From assembly GCA_973895155.1 (NCBI GenBank), contig OZ316897.1, positions 18,696,457 through 18,760,456 on the forward strand: a stretch of DNA of 64,000 nt. The letters run 5' to 3'. Positions within the stretch are counted from its first letter, which is position 1. Every line of letters starts with the position of its first letter. Of the stretch, positions 38,594 to 51,085 are shown piece by piece. The notes under the pieces were generated by a model, which searched no databases, was not told the origin of the DNA, and saw nothing but the letters and a program-made list of their open reading frames with translations. This stretch comes from Marsupella aquatica (lineage: Eukaryota; Plantae; Marchantiophyta). Made by a program: the position numbers and the translations under genes.

Positions 38594-41364
38594 GCTGAAG
38601 AATTTGGCCTTCTCTTTCCGTGTGACTCGTGTCAATGTCATCCTACTCCCAACACCATTTTTCTTGAGGGTATCAGCTATTTCTATCTCATTCGTGAGTC
38701 AATTTGCCTAGGTGAGGATATGGGCGGAGACACCCGAGTAGCTTGACTCGAAATTTTGGTGTACTCAGAGAAGTTTTAGTAGAAGGTCCCGTTGAGTTTT
38801 CTGTTTCCTGCTCTGTGTATTTGTAAATCTTGTTCTCGGGTAAGTTCTGTACAGAAATTGGAGCACAATGTTTTGCCAACATAGGGAGTAAATGAGTTTT
38901 CAGAATTTTTAACTCTTTTTCTGATGAGAGGTTATCAGCCATTTCAAGCGCTTCCATCTGCTCACCAATTCAGAGTTGCATATTCTTGCATCAGCTCAGG
39001 CTGCAGAGTCAGGATGCTCTGCACTGGGTCCAGGTCTTCGCTTTGACACTTCTCTGGAGAGGACTCAAGTTTCAGTGGTGAGACGGCGAGAACGCCTCTC
39101 AAGACTGCTCAGAAGCCGTTTCTGTCTGCTGGGAGTCATAGGGACAGCTCATGGGGCATTCATATATCATTGGCATGTAGATTGACGACAATTGGGGCTT
39201 TTAGTCACAATGAGGCTCGGATTTCAACTACTTCAACGAAGAAGAGATGCACTGGATTATGTGCTAGCATTTCGAGGGGACCAAAGAGCAAGGGGCCAGT
39301 CACCGATTATCATCACGTAGGGTGGCCAGTACCTCTTGGCTGGGAGTTAGATTGTATTCGATATGAGGCATCTGTTTATAGTGTCATGAGAAATTAAAAT
39401 CAAAAACCCTGTACAGAATATCAAGGGCTGTTCGCAAGACCACCCATTTATACTTTGAACAATCATTTTCACATATGCAGACGACCTTTCGAGAAAACAG
39501 TGAGTCCGAACATGTCGAGTTTCTCATAGATTTGTTTTCTCTGTGTTTTGAGAGGTATGATGCAACCTTTGAGGACTTTATGGGAGGGGGACTCTACATG
39601 TTAAAGGTAGGATTCTCTGACAAGCGTTCCAAATATGCCTTCTGATTTCCAAGGCAGGAACTTCAAATCCTGTTTGTACATGCTCATACTCGAAGCAAAA
39701 AGACATTTTTCAGCTCAATTTAATTGGAAGCAGAGAATCCCAATCCAGCCTTGAATTATAAGCCCGGACTAGAGACGCTTCGTACCTTAATGGGGCCGGA
39801 TTTCAATTTTTGTGTGAACATTATTTGATTTTGTTTAGAAGACAAACAATCATTTCTAAAAACGTTGAGTCGACTAGTAGCAGAGGACTGGTCGAAATAC
39901 TGGACGAGCTCAGTACACTTCAACAGCTGCCTGAGTTCTTGATTTTCTGCTGCTTGTTGCTTTACAACACCATGATTGGCCGGTGGTGCTTAAACAAAGC
40001 TCTGTGCATTTCTTCCAGGACCTGCCTACCGAACCGGCTCTCGTCGGGGCGTTCTGTGCTGTGAATGGCGCTGCCGGAAGTGGCAAGAGTCAAACGCTTA
40101 TTGAAGAGTTTAAGGGGAAGGGAACCTAATCAAAGTAGGTTCGTATTCGAAGGATGGGCTTGGACTGGGATGTTTGTGATACGTTACCGTTCTTCCCTTG
40201 TTTGTCTCTTTCATTCCTCTAAGAAAAGGGGACACCACTTTATGAAACAGGAACAACAAAACACACAAGGAAAGAGAAAAGGGAACACTTTATGAAACAG
40301 GACCAACAAACACATAAGTACTGAGAACATCTAGCTAACAAGAGTGCCTTTTTCCTCTCCTCTTTCCACTCTTGTTTCTCTTCTGTCTATGATTTAGTTT
40401 CAAATGTCTTAGAGAGGAATCAGAAGCCCTGACTGGTACACGGGCTGAAGGCTCCTGCGGGACGTAAGAAGTTGCACGGATTCTTACCCTCGCTGGAGTG
40501 GTTGCCGTCCCTTCCATCCCGCTCATTAAGCCTCCGACCTTTTGTGATAGGATCTCTCAAACCGTCAGAGAGTCTTACCGGATCACCGTAGACAGTCAAA
40601 GTCATGGAGCACATCTATATATATTGAGATCTCGTCAGTGTCGCTGATGTGTCCCAACACCTAGACTGATACATCCGGTGAGGGGTCCACCGTGAAGTCT
40701 TTCCGAGCTTCTTCCCATTCTGTCTCAACATGTTGAAAAGCACATTGATTTTGCTCATATGATTAGCCAGAGTCTAACTTCGAGCGCCTTTTTAATACGA
40801 CTTCTCAGTTAGTTACAGATTTCTCAATCGGCATGGTCACAAGTGAGGACGCAGCCAGTACGTATGTACTCCTCCATCATGACACAAAATTGACTCAATG
40901 TCCAATCACGTAGTGGGTGTAGTGATTGTGTCACTCAAATAGAATGATGCCTCGTCGGAGGGTTTGTGGGTTTTGCTTTTGTTGGAACAGCGATTTTATT
41001 GAACCAGACTAAAATAACTAAGGTACACCTTAAGTAGGCCACCTTCAATGCCACGAGGGAGGATTTCTCGTGACGAATACCATAAGTATCCTAACCTGTC
41101 AATTGTAGCCCGCTATTACCTTTCTTCGCAACAAAAAATATGTATCCTGTTCTCTGATCCCGTTTGTCTAGATCAAGCCCTGACCGTGAGCTCTGCACAA
41201 TGAGTGGGTTCTCTCCACTCCGGCCATAACGGAAAGTACGTCGTCACTAGTCTTTCTCAAACTAACAGGCCTGCTGGGTACGCTGCTACATACTCTACTC
41301 ACGCCAAATGTCACTTCTACAGAGTACTTTTTGCGTCGCAACATCACTCAACCAGAAGATTTTA

Positions 41365-43893
41365 CTACCCAAGATCATTATAGTACTTCTCAAAGCGTCT
41401 TAAATCAACTTTACCCGACGAACCTTGCCCGTTCCCACCTCGCTTAGACATTCCAATTAATACGAGCAATTTTTTGATTGGGATCGCCCCTCCGACTACA
41501 TTCACAGCCTTCGCCACCTCCTCGGGCGTAAAAACATCGAGGCCCAGCAGGACATTCTTGATGTCATTGGGACTGAGCGTTGGAACGGGAATCGAGACAT
41601 TGAATGCTGACGATATGTCCAGAGCTCCCACGACCTCCTTCATACTTGTGGTCCCAATAATCAGCAATTTTCTTCCCTTGGGCGGAAGTTTTTTGATGAG
41701 CACAAGCAAGGCCTGCAGAATCAGATTACAAAATCTGGGCCCAACGTTGACGTACTCAATTACACGTTCAATATCATCTATGATGATGAGACTGACAGGA
41801 GATTTATAGGCATCTTCAAAGACCTTGTTGATCAGTTCACATTTTGTGCTCTCTGAATGACCGACCATACTCTCAGCAGAAATCATTTTGATGAAGGGAA
41901 CTGCACTTTCAAGAGCAATCGTTGCAGCTAGAGCAGTTTTGCCACTTCCACCGGGGCCTTGTAGAAGGCAGCTGAGCAGAGGAGTATGCTCATTCGTCTT
42001 CACTTCATCAACCAAAATCTTTGCAGTCTTTTGAACATGGTCATTCCTGGGACCACAATCTAACATAGAGTTGACCTTAAACCTTTCCAAAGTCGTACAA
42101 GCTGTCCCAAAAGCAGGTATGACCTCATTCAGAGCTCTTTCAAAGTCGGACAACCTTACGTTTACATTGCCATCCATTGGCTTGCTAAGATCTTCAAAGT
42201 CGACTTGTCTGCTGAGAGCGAATGACGTTGCGCTTCTCACTAGTCCCTCCAATTCAGCTCCGCTAAAATTTTGAGTCCTTGCAGCAAGATTCACAAGATC
42301 GACGTCATCAGACAGACAAGAACTTTGTTGCATTTTGCTCGAATGGATTTGCAGGATTTGAAGACGTCCTTTCTCATCTGGCAACCCAATCTCAATGTGG
42401 ACTTCTAAACGGCCAGGCCGAAGTAAGGCTTCATCAATCAGATCTTTCCTGTTGGTCATCCCAATCAACAGGATGTTGTTGAGAGACTTCACACCATCAA
42501 TCTTTGTGAGAAGCTGGTTGACAATGCCGTCATTTGCTCCAGACGTACTTCCTGAAGAGCTTCGAGTCTTGCAAATTGCATCAATTTCGTCAAAGATGAT
42601 GATATGAACGTCACTGTCGTCTCCAAGAGTATTTTGGTCCTTTTCAGCATCTGCAAAGAGATTTCGAATGTTCCGCTCCGACTCACCCACCCATTTGCTT
42701 ACAACTTCCGGTCCGTTGACGACCTTAGGTGTTTTAGCACTGAGCATCTTGCCGATTTGTCGGGCTATAAGAGTTTTACCAGTGCCTGGAGGCCCCCAAA
42801 GCAGCATGCCCTTAACGTGCTTGATGCCAAGCTTCTGTATTGTGTCCGGCGGAAACAGTCGTGATGTGAATGCCCTCCGAAAAACATCTTCAAACTCGTA
42901 ATCCAGGCCACCAATACCCAGCTTTTGGAAGCTGAAGTCTTTTGTTTTGAATAAGTTTCTCCCTGGTGGACCGCTATTGTCGATGCCAGAGTGGCCACCT
43001 TTTTGATGAGGAGTATTGATCCGGGAATCGATCGGACAGTCGTCTGAAAATTCCAAGATCAGATGTGTGTCCTTGGTCCAAAGCCCCCATATAGTGTGAG
43101 CAGCCTGCTCCGCATGAGTTGTCTTTGTCACCTTGAAAGTAAAAGTCGTCCCATTATCTTGAGAATAAATTAACTTTCCTACTCTCGTCATCTTGCCCAG
43201 ACGTTCACTTGTAAGCTGTGATGTGAGCCTTTTCACAACAATATCTTCGTGCTTTTCATGGTATCTCTTACCAGACCTCACAACAGCCAGCTTCAATGTT
43301 ATCGTCAGTAGTTTACCTGGAACGCATCGAGCTACTCGCGCATTCTGGTTTAGCGAGACCCGGGCGTCCCAGCGTTCAGAAGAGTCAAGGGCAAGAAAAC
43401 CGTCTGGAACGGTAGCGTCTGGTAAAACTTTCAGCACAATCTGGTCGTTGACCAATGCCATGCCTTCTTCGAACCCTGGTCCAGGCAAAAAATGAACAGC
43501 ATCGTTGATCGAGCAATAAGCTTTGCCACTGGACAGATGACGGGACGGTATCACTTGCATCGTAGAAGGGGGGTTGGTGCTCGGTTTGCTGTCTGGGTTT
43601 GAAGTATCTAGAGTGCTTCCCACACTGTTCGTGGTGCTTCCAGGAGTCGGCAGTGAACTCTGGGGTACTCGTTCAGAGTCTGAGCCCCTCTTCCCAATTT
43701 TCCTTCTCTTCCTCCTCGGCTGTTCGGGTCCGTGATTAGCGGGTGAGGAGACGTCTGTCTGAATTGACATGTCAAAGTTACTCCCTGTCTTCTCTCCGTC
43801 TGCCGAAACATTCCGAGCAGTTCCCTCGTCAATTGCGGACGATCTTTCATCTGTGCTTGATCCGCTAGACGTTCCTCGTTCAAGTCTCCCCAT
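41365..43893 (-). CDS. NSF: NSF-like vesicle-fusing AAA+ ATPase, copy 1 (842 aa, intronless, divergent N-domain with N-terminal extension)
   Basis: LGIGGLD.EF..VFRRAF.SR.FPP, D1 Walker A GPPGTGKT, Walker B IIIFDEID, SRH IGMTNRKDLIDEALLRPGRLE, NFSGAELEGLV, D2 GPGGSGKT and IIIDDIER, GPRF.NLILQAL. Confidence 0.93.
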   Translation of the reverse strand: MGRLERGTSSGSSTDERSSAIDEGTARNVSADGEKTGSNFDMSIQTDVSSPANHGPEQPRRKRRKIGKRGSDSERVPQSSLPTPGSTTNSVGSTLDTSNPDSKPSTNPPSTMQVIPSRHLSSGKAYCSINDAVHFLPGPGFEEGMALVNDQIVLKVLPDATVPDGFLALDSSERWDARVSLNQNARVARCVPGKLLTITLKLAVVRSGKRYHEKHEDIVVKRLTSQLTSERLGKMTRVGKLIYSQDNGTTFTFKVTKTTHAEQAAHTIWGLWTKDTHLILEFSDDCPIDSRINTPHQKGGHSGIDNSGPPGRNLFKTKDFSFQKLGIGGLDYEFEDVFRRAFTSRLFPPDTIQKLGIKHVKGMLLWGPPGTGKTLIARQIGKMLSAKTPKVVNGPEVVSKWVGESERNIRNLFADAEKDQNTLGDDSDVHIIIFDEIDAICKTRSSSGSTSGANDGIVNQLLTKIDGVKSLNNILLIGMTNRKDLIDEALLRPGRLEVHIEIGLPDEKGRLQILQIHSSKMQQSSCLSDDVDLVNLAARTQNFSGAELEGLVRSATSFALSRQVDFEDLSKPMDGNVNVRLSDFERALNEVIPAFGTACTTLERFKVNSMLDCGPRNDHVQKTAKILVDEVKTNEHTPLLSCLLQGPGGSGKTALAATIALESAVPFIKMISAESMVGHSESTKCELINKVFEDAYKSPVSLIIIDDIERVIEYVNVGPRFCNLILQALLVLIKKLPPKGRKLLIIGTTSMKEVVGALDISSAFNVSIPVPTLSPNDIKNVLLGLDVFTPEEVAKAVNVVGGAIPIKKLLVLIGMSKRGGNGQGSSGKVDLRRFEKYYNDLG

Positions 43894-43997
43894 ATTGCGA
43901 AATTCGCTCCGAAATATCTCGATCCCAATTCAACACACGTTCTACTGATTGTCCAACAATTATGCACTGTTCGGTTGAAAACCCGATCACATTTCTC

Positions 43998-44410
43998 AAG
44001 GTACGTGCGCGCACAGGCAAGGCAATCCACCGAATGTTGTAGAACGAAATTGACGATAGCAAGACAGCTCCAAAGTGACCGAATGTTGTAGAACGAAATT
44101 GACGATACAAAGACAGCTCCAAAGTGAAATGTAGAGCTAGATTTCTGTAACTTACATGCGCGCACAGGCAGGGCAAAGGCAAACCACTGAATGCCGTAGA
44201 AGGAATTGAAGTCCAAACCAGAACAAGAAAAACCACGACGATAGAACGAACTCCCAAGTGAAATATGGAGCTAGATTTCTGGAGTGTACATGCGCGCACA
44301 GGCAGGGCAAGGCCAACCACGGAATGCTGTAGAAGGAAATTAAGCCCAAACCAGAACAAGAGAAACGAAGAAGATCGAAACAACTGCGAAGCCAAATAAA
44401 GAGCTAGATG
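43998..44410 (-). repeat. Tandemly amplified 5' leader of NSF copy 1 (~135-bp unit about 3 times, nested 49-bp duplication at 44030-44127)
   Basis: gcgcgcacaggca recurs at ~44007, 44158, 44292; ccgaatgttgtagaacgaaattgacgata twice. Confidence 0.8.
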
Positions 44411-44445
44411 AGATCAGCTGTGATGGCTTTGGACTGCTTTCGATC

Positions 44446-44458
44446 CTTATATATAGAG
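44446..44458 (-). promoter_or_regulatory. Candidate TATA box for NSF copy 1
   Basis: ctctatatataagg on the minus strand just upstream of the repeated leader. Confidence 0.45.
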
Positions 44459-44559
44459 ACTCTGGTGGTTAGGGGCTGTGAGGGGAGGACTGATGGATGA
44501 CAGTGTTACTCTTCTGTGACTCCTTCACCTGGCACAAATGATGGATTTGATGGTATATA

Positions 44560-45370
44560 TATGAGGTGGCTTGTTTGGTAGGAGTTACTTCCTTATCGGA
44601 ACTAGCCAGGAGAACTTTGTTACTAGTCAGATTAACTGGGCTGCTTGTATTGATCCATCAATATAGCTAGGTAGATTGTTTGGTAGGAGTTACTTCCATA
44701 TCCTAACTAGGACCCAGGACTTTAATTATGACTAGTGAAATTAACTAGGCTGCTTGGGTGGATCAATCAAGATAGCTTGGTACCTTGGTTTGATAAGGTT
44801 TCATTCTCCTCCATTTACGGACCTTTGGACGTGAGGGGGACACTCACCCCTCACTGTCAACTTAATTGCCCAAATGCGGGCCCAAATGATGGATGTGTTA
44901 GAATATGATCGAGGTAGCTTGTTTGGTAGGAGATAATTCTGTATTATTTTGAACTAGGGATAACATTGTTCTAGTTAGATGAAGCTTGGGCTGCTTGTAT
45001 GGAATAAGATCAAGATAGCTAGATAGGCTGGATCAAGGAAGCCTGTTTGGTTGCTTGAATGTCTTCTCTTCTTGAATTGGTTTGTTTGGTAGGAGTTACT
45101 AGTGTATTTGAATTAGGATAATATTGTTACTAGTCAGATGAACCTTGATCTCCTTCTATGGATCAAGGAAGCTTTTGTGGTTGCTTGTCTTCTCTTCTTG
45201 GTTTGTTTGGAAGGAGTTACTAACTGATGTATTTGAATTAGGGATAACATTGTTACTAGCATGATGAACCTTGCTCTATTTCTATGGATCAAGAGAGCTT
45301 GAAAGGTTGGATCAAGGAAATTTGTGTGGATGCTCATTTTATGTGTGATTCTCTTCTTGGTTTGTTGATT
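44560..45370. repeat. Degenerate tandem repeat, ~110-120-bp unit, 5-6 copies
   Basis: tgtttggtaggagttact core at about 44572, 44678, 44920, 45084, 45203, each followed by ...tactagt..gat.aac.. Confidence 0.75.
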
Positions 45371-45699
45371 CAGGTGCAACAAATTGCACATAATTTATGA
45401 TACAGCTTGTTTCATTGACATTGTACCTATTATCTCATCATGAGTTCAAGAATCAATGTTGCAAGCTATTTAACGCTCGGTATAGCTGAATGCTTTGTCA
45501 TTGTGAACCTTTATTTAGTCGAGCATTTAGTCTTTCCAAGCCACAGTTGAGTATATCCCAGTGTGGAGTGTAATACCTTGCTCTCCATAAGCAACTTGGT
45601 CATATATGGAGCCATATATATGAGCTTACTAAGGATGCAACAGTTAAAAAAGAAAATGATGGTTAATTAAAGGATTGGAAGATTGTTTAAATATGCCAG

Positions 45700-46200
45700 G
45701 TGCAATGGGGCAGATGTCACTTTGTTCTTCTTGTATGAAGGCAAAACTGCAGAGGTCAAAGCAATCAAGAGACAAGTTTCCAAGTGAAGGAGGAACAAGA
45801 GCACAAACAATACTTGACTTGGTGCTTAAGATTTACGTCCACTCTGTGGGCCAATTATTCCTCTAACTCTGTCATGCATTTTGCTAGCATACTAACTGGC
45901 ATTTCATCACATATATCGATGATCACTTCAAGACATACCAGGTTCACTGCAATTTATCTCTTGAAACATAAACATAAAGTATTTGACACAATAAACTAAA
46001 GCATTTGACACACTAAACTAAAGTTAATTAAGGAAGATGAAATGCTTGAGAAGTGCTAATGGCGGTGAGTTGACCACAAATAATTATGCATACATTGTGC
46101 TTCAAGTCAGAAATTCAGCATCAATTCTATATTTCCTCGACTGCTCCAAATGCTCAAGTAGGCTCAACAAACAGGGCTACTAACAGAAACTAAGGAAGAT
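45700..46200 (+). mobile_element. Decayed Ty1/Copia retrotransposon integrase fragment
   Basis: Frameshifted motifs CSSCMKAK..R..FP..GGTRA..LDLV (GAG-pre-integrase/rve start), RFTAIYLLKHK..VF and KCLRSANGGE (cf. K.LRSDNGGEF). Confidence 0.7.
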
Positions 46201-49200
46201 CGAATCAAGGTCAAAGAATAGAATATCATTAAAGGCTATTTATATATATGATCCTATCTATGTTGATATTTCAGGGGTTTCACTTCCACCAAAATGGTAC
46301 ATCACGTGCAACAAAGGATAACTAAAGTTATTTTATTGGTTCTAAGGGAAGACTTAAGAATTTTCTCAAAAGAATAATACTAGGGTCTTATAAATCCAAT
46401 TTTGAGACTTATAAGTACATTTCATTTGATGAAAAAGAATATTTACGGACCCCATTAGAGGTCCCTTCCAAAATTTGAGACTTCACAATGTGCCACAAAT
46501 GCGCTGCAAACAAGGACAGATTTGTTTCCAAATAAAAATAACTATTCATTACGTGTTTGTGGCAAGTTCTTGGTAAAAATGAGCGCCATGCCATAAAACA
46601 TAACATAATTTTATGTGACATAACCGTTTTAGTTATCATTTTAGTTACATCAAAATCTTGAAACAAACGGGGTTCCTAACAAATTTATTCCTGAACCTGA
46701 ATGGATTGAATCCAAGATTGGCATCAAGGTGACAAGCTTTTGGAAAAAAGATTGGGAGATGGCCTGCACTATTACTAGCCATACGAGATTTGAACGTGAA
46801 GTGGGTGTGGAAGTTTAGGTAGACAAGTTTATAAATGAAGATTCTGGAAAATCATACCAACAAATTGTGAGATCCAATTTCCCTCATGATATAATGAACG
46901 AAATTTGCTCAAGATGTTAAGTAGAGATGTTTCTGCAGAGTTTTTGTGGCTAAATATCAAAAGAATGGTCGAAACACAAAGATTTGAAATAGAGCAATCC
47001 TTGCAAGAATATAGTCGAGAATATCGTTTGTGAATTTTGGGAGCTCTGCATTGGAAGCATCAAAACTGGACAATCCAAGCTGACCCTTGCACAGATACTT
47101 GAACGTGAATGTTCTCCTTTGGGCATATGGTACCCTTATGCTTCATGTCATTATACATCCTCTCCTGTAATAATCTTTTCATGTTGAGTAGTTAGGATCT
47201 CCTCCATGATTCCAAAGGTCTGGTAAGCAAGAATTTTTAACAAGGCAAGTAATTAAACTGCCAGCCTTGACTTAATGCTTAGGGATCACGAGTGTGTTTT
47301 GTAAAACAAGTTGTAAAATGAGATTGAAATTGTTAACCATTCAGTGTCCGATTTCCCCGACCCATTCTTTCCATTTCATCAGCGAATTGTGAGTGATTGA
47401 GTGTTATTGTCGACTTCCGAATATCCCTGTGAGTTCCTCCCTTTAGTCCTCGTCAATCTTGTCCATGGTGGATTCTGAGACCTCCTTTGTTGGTTTAGTT
47501 TTGTACACATTGACGAAGGGATGATGACGAGAACTCTGAGAGATTGAAGGAGTAGCGCAGCACGGAACTGCAGTATTGTCCCAGCCCACTGTATATCGCT
47601 AACCCTCCTCAAAGCAAACCAATTCTCTCTGGCCGCAGATCAATCAATTCCTCTACTCAGATTGATAAACGTACTCTTCTAGAATCATCTGCCAAACAAG
47701 GCACTAACCTTCCACCCCATCTAGGTCACAAATTCTGCATTGCTCTGTTCATATTTTCTGCACAAATTTCAAATGGAAGAAGATCCATAGCTTCCTGTTT
47801 GATTACGGATAGCAACTCTGACTTGGGTACGTACGGAGATGGAAGAGAATCACTCTCTCACCCTCATTCTGCTGTTCCAAACTTTTGACGTTAAATAATT
47901 TGCTTCTCTTTCTCCCAATCGCTGATCAAATTTTGACTTGTCTGAGTAAATCTTTCCTGCATCTGTTTCTCGAGTAAGAGAGGCTTTATTTCTGTACATA
48001 TTTCTCATTTGTTCTCTTTGATCCGTCATTTCTGTCTCATACCACATTCTCTCTATATCTTGATACTGCTCGCCCTTTCGTGCCAAATTGAGTTACTGAC
48101 GCTCGCCTCTCACACGTATTCTGTTCAGAAAGCATGGCTGCATTTTGGTCCAGCGGAAGGCGATCTGTGTCTCTCTACTCTGCCACTGCCACTTTTGCCA
48201 CTGTGGACCAAGATGCTGGACCAAGATGCAGCAAGTCCAGCATTTTGGTCCACGAACTAATTCAACTTATAAAGGTCAAAACGTATATTTCCTTCTTATA
48301 TTTTAGGGGGTCTGAGGCCTTAAAACGTCGCAAGTGATGGGATGCCTCCATATAGTGAAACCCCCGAGGTAATACACCCTAAAACAAGTGAGAACAAACT
48401 GATAAAACTTGAAAAACTAAAATTAAAAAGTAATCAGCAAAGTACAAGGATTTAGGGAATTTTTACCAAAATTGGATTTCTAAATGCCTTTAGTATAAGT
48501 ATAGTCTTCATTTGTTTGCACCCAGTTCTACTCGTCCAACGAGTGATTGATTTCCCCAGGGAAAAAACCAAAACCTTTAAGATTGTGCCTTTACCCACAA
48601 GTGAGAAGGCTATAATTGTTTGCAAATTGAATTTTTAAAACAATGTTCAAACAGAATGCTGATGGAGGTATAATTTCACGGCAAAAAGCAATGTTTTTAC
48701 TAAATGGTGCTCTCAAATCTAGTCTCACGCCAAACCATTGGGTTTATGTCAGGTGAGATTGGGATTATGGACAGGTCGACTCTATTACAAGATTTCACTA
48801 TCCTGTGCTATACTCCAGTGATCCGCATGTTCCGTTGTTCCTATGGACTAATCGAACAAGTAAAAGCCCATCGTGTCCCAAATAACATCCTGGGCCTACA
48901 ACCTGAAGAAAATTGTGGATCACTAGAGGAGGCAATCTAGCTATATGTACATTCCTGAAAGAGTAAAGCAACCTACTTGGATCCATTGAACTAGCATGCC
49001 TAAGTGTGATGAACATGACAAAAAAAAGACATGTTCCAAGATGAACATGCCATATGATAAAGTCTCATTAATTAAAAGACCCATTCATTTTGTGCAACAT
49101 TTTAAAGGCTTGGACACGCTCTTCATTTGGAAGGACTTTGAACCGGGCATCACTTTTGCAAAAATAACACATCACATGCAACAAAGCATTAGAAACATTT

Positions 49201-50029
49201 TATTGGACATTCTAAGGAAAGACTTACAAGTTTAAGGTGCATAAACATTAGGATATTAATATAAGACTTATAAGAAAACATAGGTTTTCAAAGTAAAACC
49301 AATTTAATTCTGGAATATTCTAGGAATATGTTAAAGTAGTATGATAGAAAATCCATAAATTACTAGAGGTAAAAGATTAGCAATATTCTAGAGTTTTTAT
49401 GCCTTCAAAAGCTTCCAGGTGATGGGGCCCTGCCCGGGGGCTGCATAGAGTGAGGCCACAAGATTTTCCATTGACAAAAATGCGGGGGTCTGAGTATGTA
49501 GGGGTCTGGTTGGGTTCTCTTTCTTGCTAAGGCTGACACTTGAGAGTTTTGACTTGGAACTGACTTCTAAATATTAGAGGTAAAGATTACTAGTGGGAAC
49601 CCAAATTTTCTGTCAATCTGGTTTATTTGGATATTAACTTGTGGGTGGAAAAAAACATCTATGGCGGGGGATGGCAGGACTGTGGGAACTACATGAGGAC
49701 TGGTTGCAAGTCCCACCATCTTGTCCCTCCCCATGACTTTCTTTTCAGGAGTAGAAATGGCACACCAGGCTAGACTGATAATATTTTATTTTATCAGTTT
49801 TTAAATACATTGTTATTAAAGATATTTGAATTTACAATACTGTCACTGTTTTATTGCAGTTCCAAATATGCCACAGTTTTTGTATATAGTTCTCCTATTA
49901 CTTTAGTGAATTTGTAGTCAATATACAAATTCATGACAGACATTTGTAAATACAAAAACAATATGTCAAAGTACTTAAAACGTGTTGTTACCTTCTATCA
50001 CTAACTTTGCTGTTCATTGGCCGGTAGTT

Positions 50030-50500
50030 CAGAGCTATCCTGCTCCTGTTGCAATGGTTAAATTTCTGGTTTAGCTTCCTTTTGTTAGGGTTAAAATGTG
50101 TTGCTTCTATCACTAACGTTGCTGTTCATTGGCAGTCTTTCAGAGCTATCCTGTTTCTTTTGCAATTGTTAAATTTTTGCAATTGTTAAATTTCTGGTTT
50201 AGCTTCCTTTTGTTAGGGTCTTCAGAACTATCCTGCTCCTGCTCCAGTGGTTAAATATAGGTTTGCTCCGGTTGCAATGGTTAAATTTCTGGTTTAGCTT
50301 CCTTTTGTTAGGGTCTTACTTCCTCATAGTGCCCCCCCCCCCCTTGTTTTTGGGCTCCAATCCATAACCTCTTGCATCACCTTTGGTACTCCTGGGTGCC
50401 GGGTGCCTACTCCCTTTGTGGGAGACCTGCCTCCCCTGTTTTTTGGGCTCCATGACCTTTGGTCCTCTGGGAGGCAGGTGCCTACTCCCTTTGTGGGCCA
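50030..50500. repeat. Two adjacent degenerate short tandem repeats
   Basis: gttaaatttctggtttagcttccttttgttagggt three times (~50058, 50184, 50280); ggtgcctactccctttgtggg twice (~50402, 50477). Confidence 0.7.
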
Positions 50501-50625
50501 CCCCATTTCTATGCTTTACTTTTGGATGAAATTCAATTTGTTTTTTCGAGGCAAAAACACTACACATCAAAAAGCAACACCCAAGGTACGTACATTCTGA
50601 ATGGTTCGAGAGAGGGTTTTGCAAC

Positions 50626-51085
50626 ATGGGGGACAGAAGAGGAACGTAGAGATGTTCCGGCAGAGGTGAAAGTGCAATGGAAACTAATCAGAATGCCTGG
50701 GAGCAGGTTTCGTCGGATCATGGGGAGAAAAAAGGAATACAGTAGTTGAGAGGTCACTTCAGCAATCGGAAAATGGGGAATAGGGGATCAGGCAACGAAC
50801 GAGTAGCCCAGTAGGGACTCCGGGACGCGGCACAAACTGTGTCGGAAGCACCATGGATATTTCAAATCCAGAAGCCCACAAACCGAGCACCAGCCTCCCA
50901 TCGGAGATGCAAGTGATGTCCCTCGTGCGTTCAGTTGGCAAAGCTTATTCCTCTATCAACGATGCTGAGCTTTTTTTGCCCGAACCAAGGGGAAGGAATG
51001 GTTTCGGTCAACGAACACACAGTGCTGATGATTACTTTGGCCTCCATTCGTATTTCGACCGCAGGAACGAAGGGGCCTCGGAATT
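50626..51085 (+). pseudogene. 5'-only NSF-like pseudogene (copy 2), covering the N-extension and the start of the N-domain
   Basis: caacATGGGG start as in copy 3, with an early stop; MDISNPEAHKPSTSLPSEMQVM...GKAYSSINDA..FLPEP aligns to copy 1 LDTSNPDSKPSTNPPSTMQV...GKAYCSINDA..FLPGP; no ATPase domain follows. Confidence 0.85.

Noticed and set aside
41474-43495. Several + strand ORFs inside NSF copy 1, and - strand ORFs at 62651-63994
   Set aside because: Antisense shadows of the NSF coding sequences
43608-44395. 202-aa and 171-aa minus-strand ORFs upstream of or overlapping NSF copy 1
   Set aside because: They translate the tandem leader repeats and have no domain signal; at most uORFs
47300-48300. 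Coding-like minus-strand stretch
   Set aside because: Multiple stops and no recognisable motif; cannot be assigned
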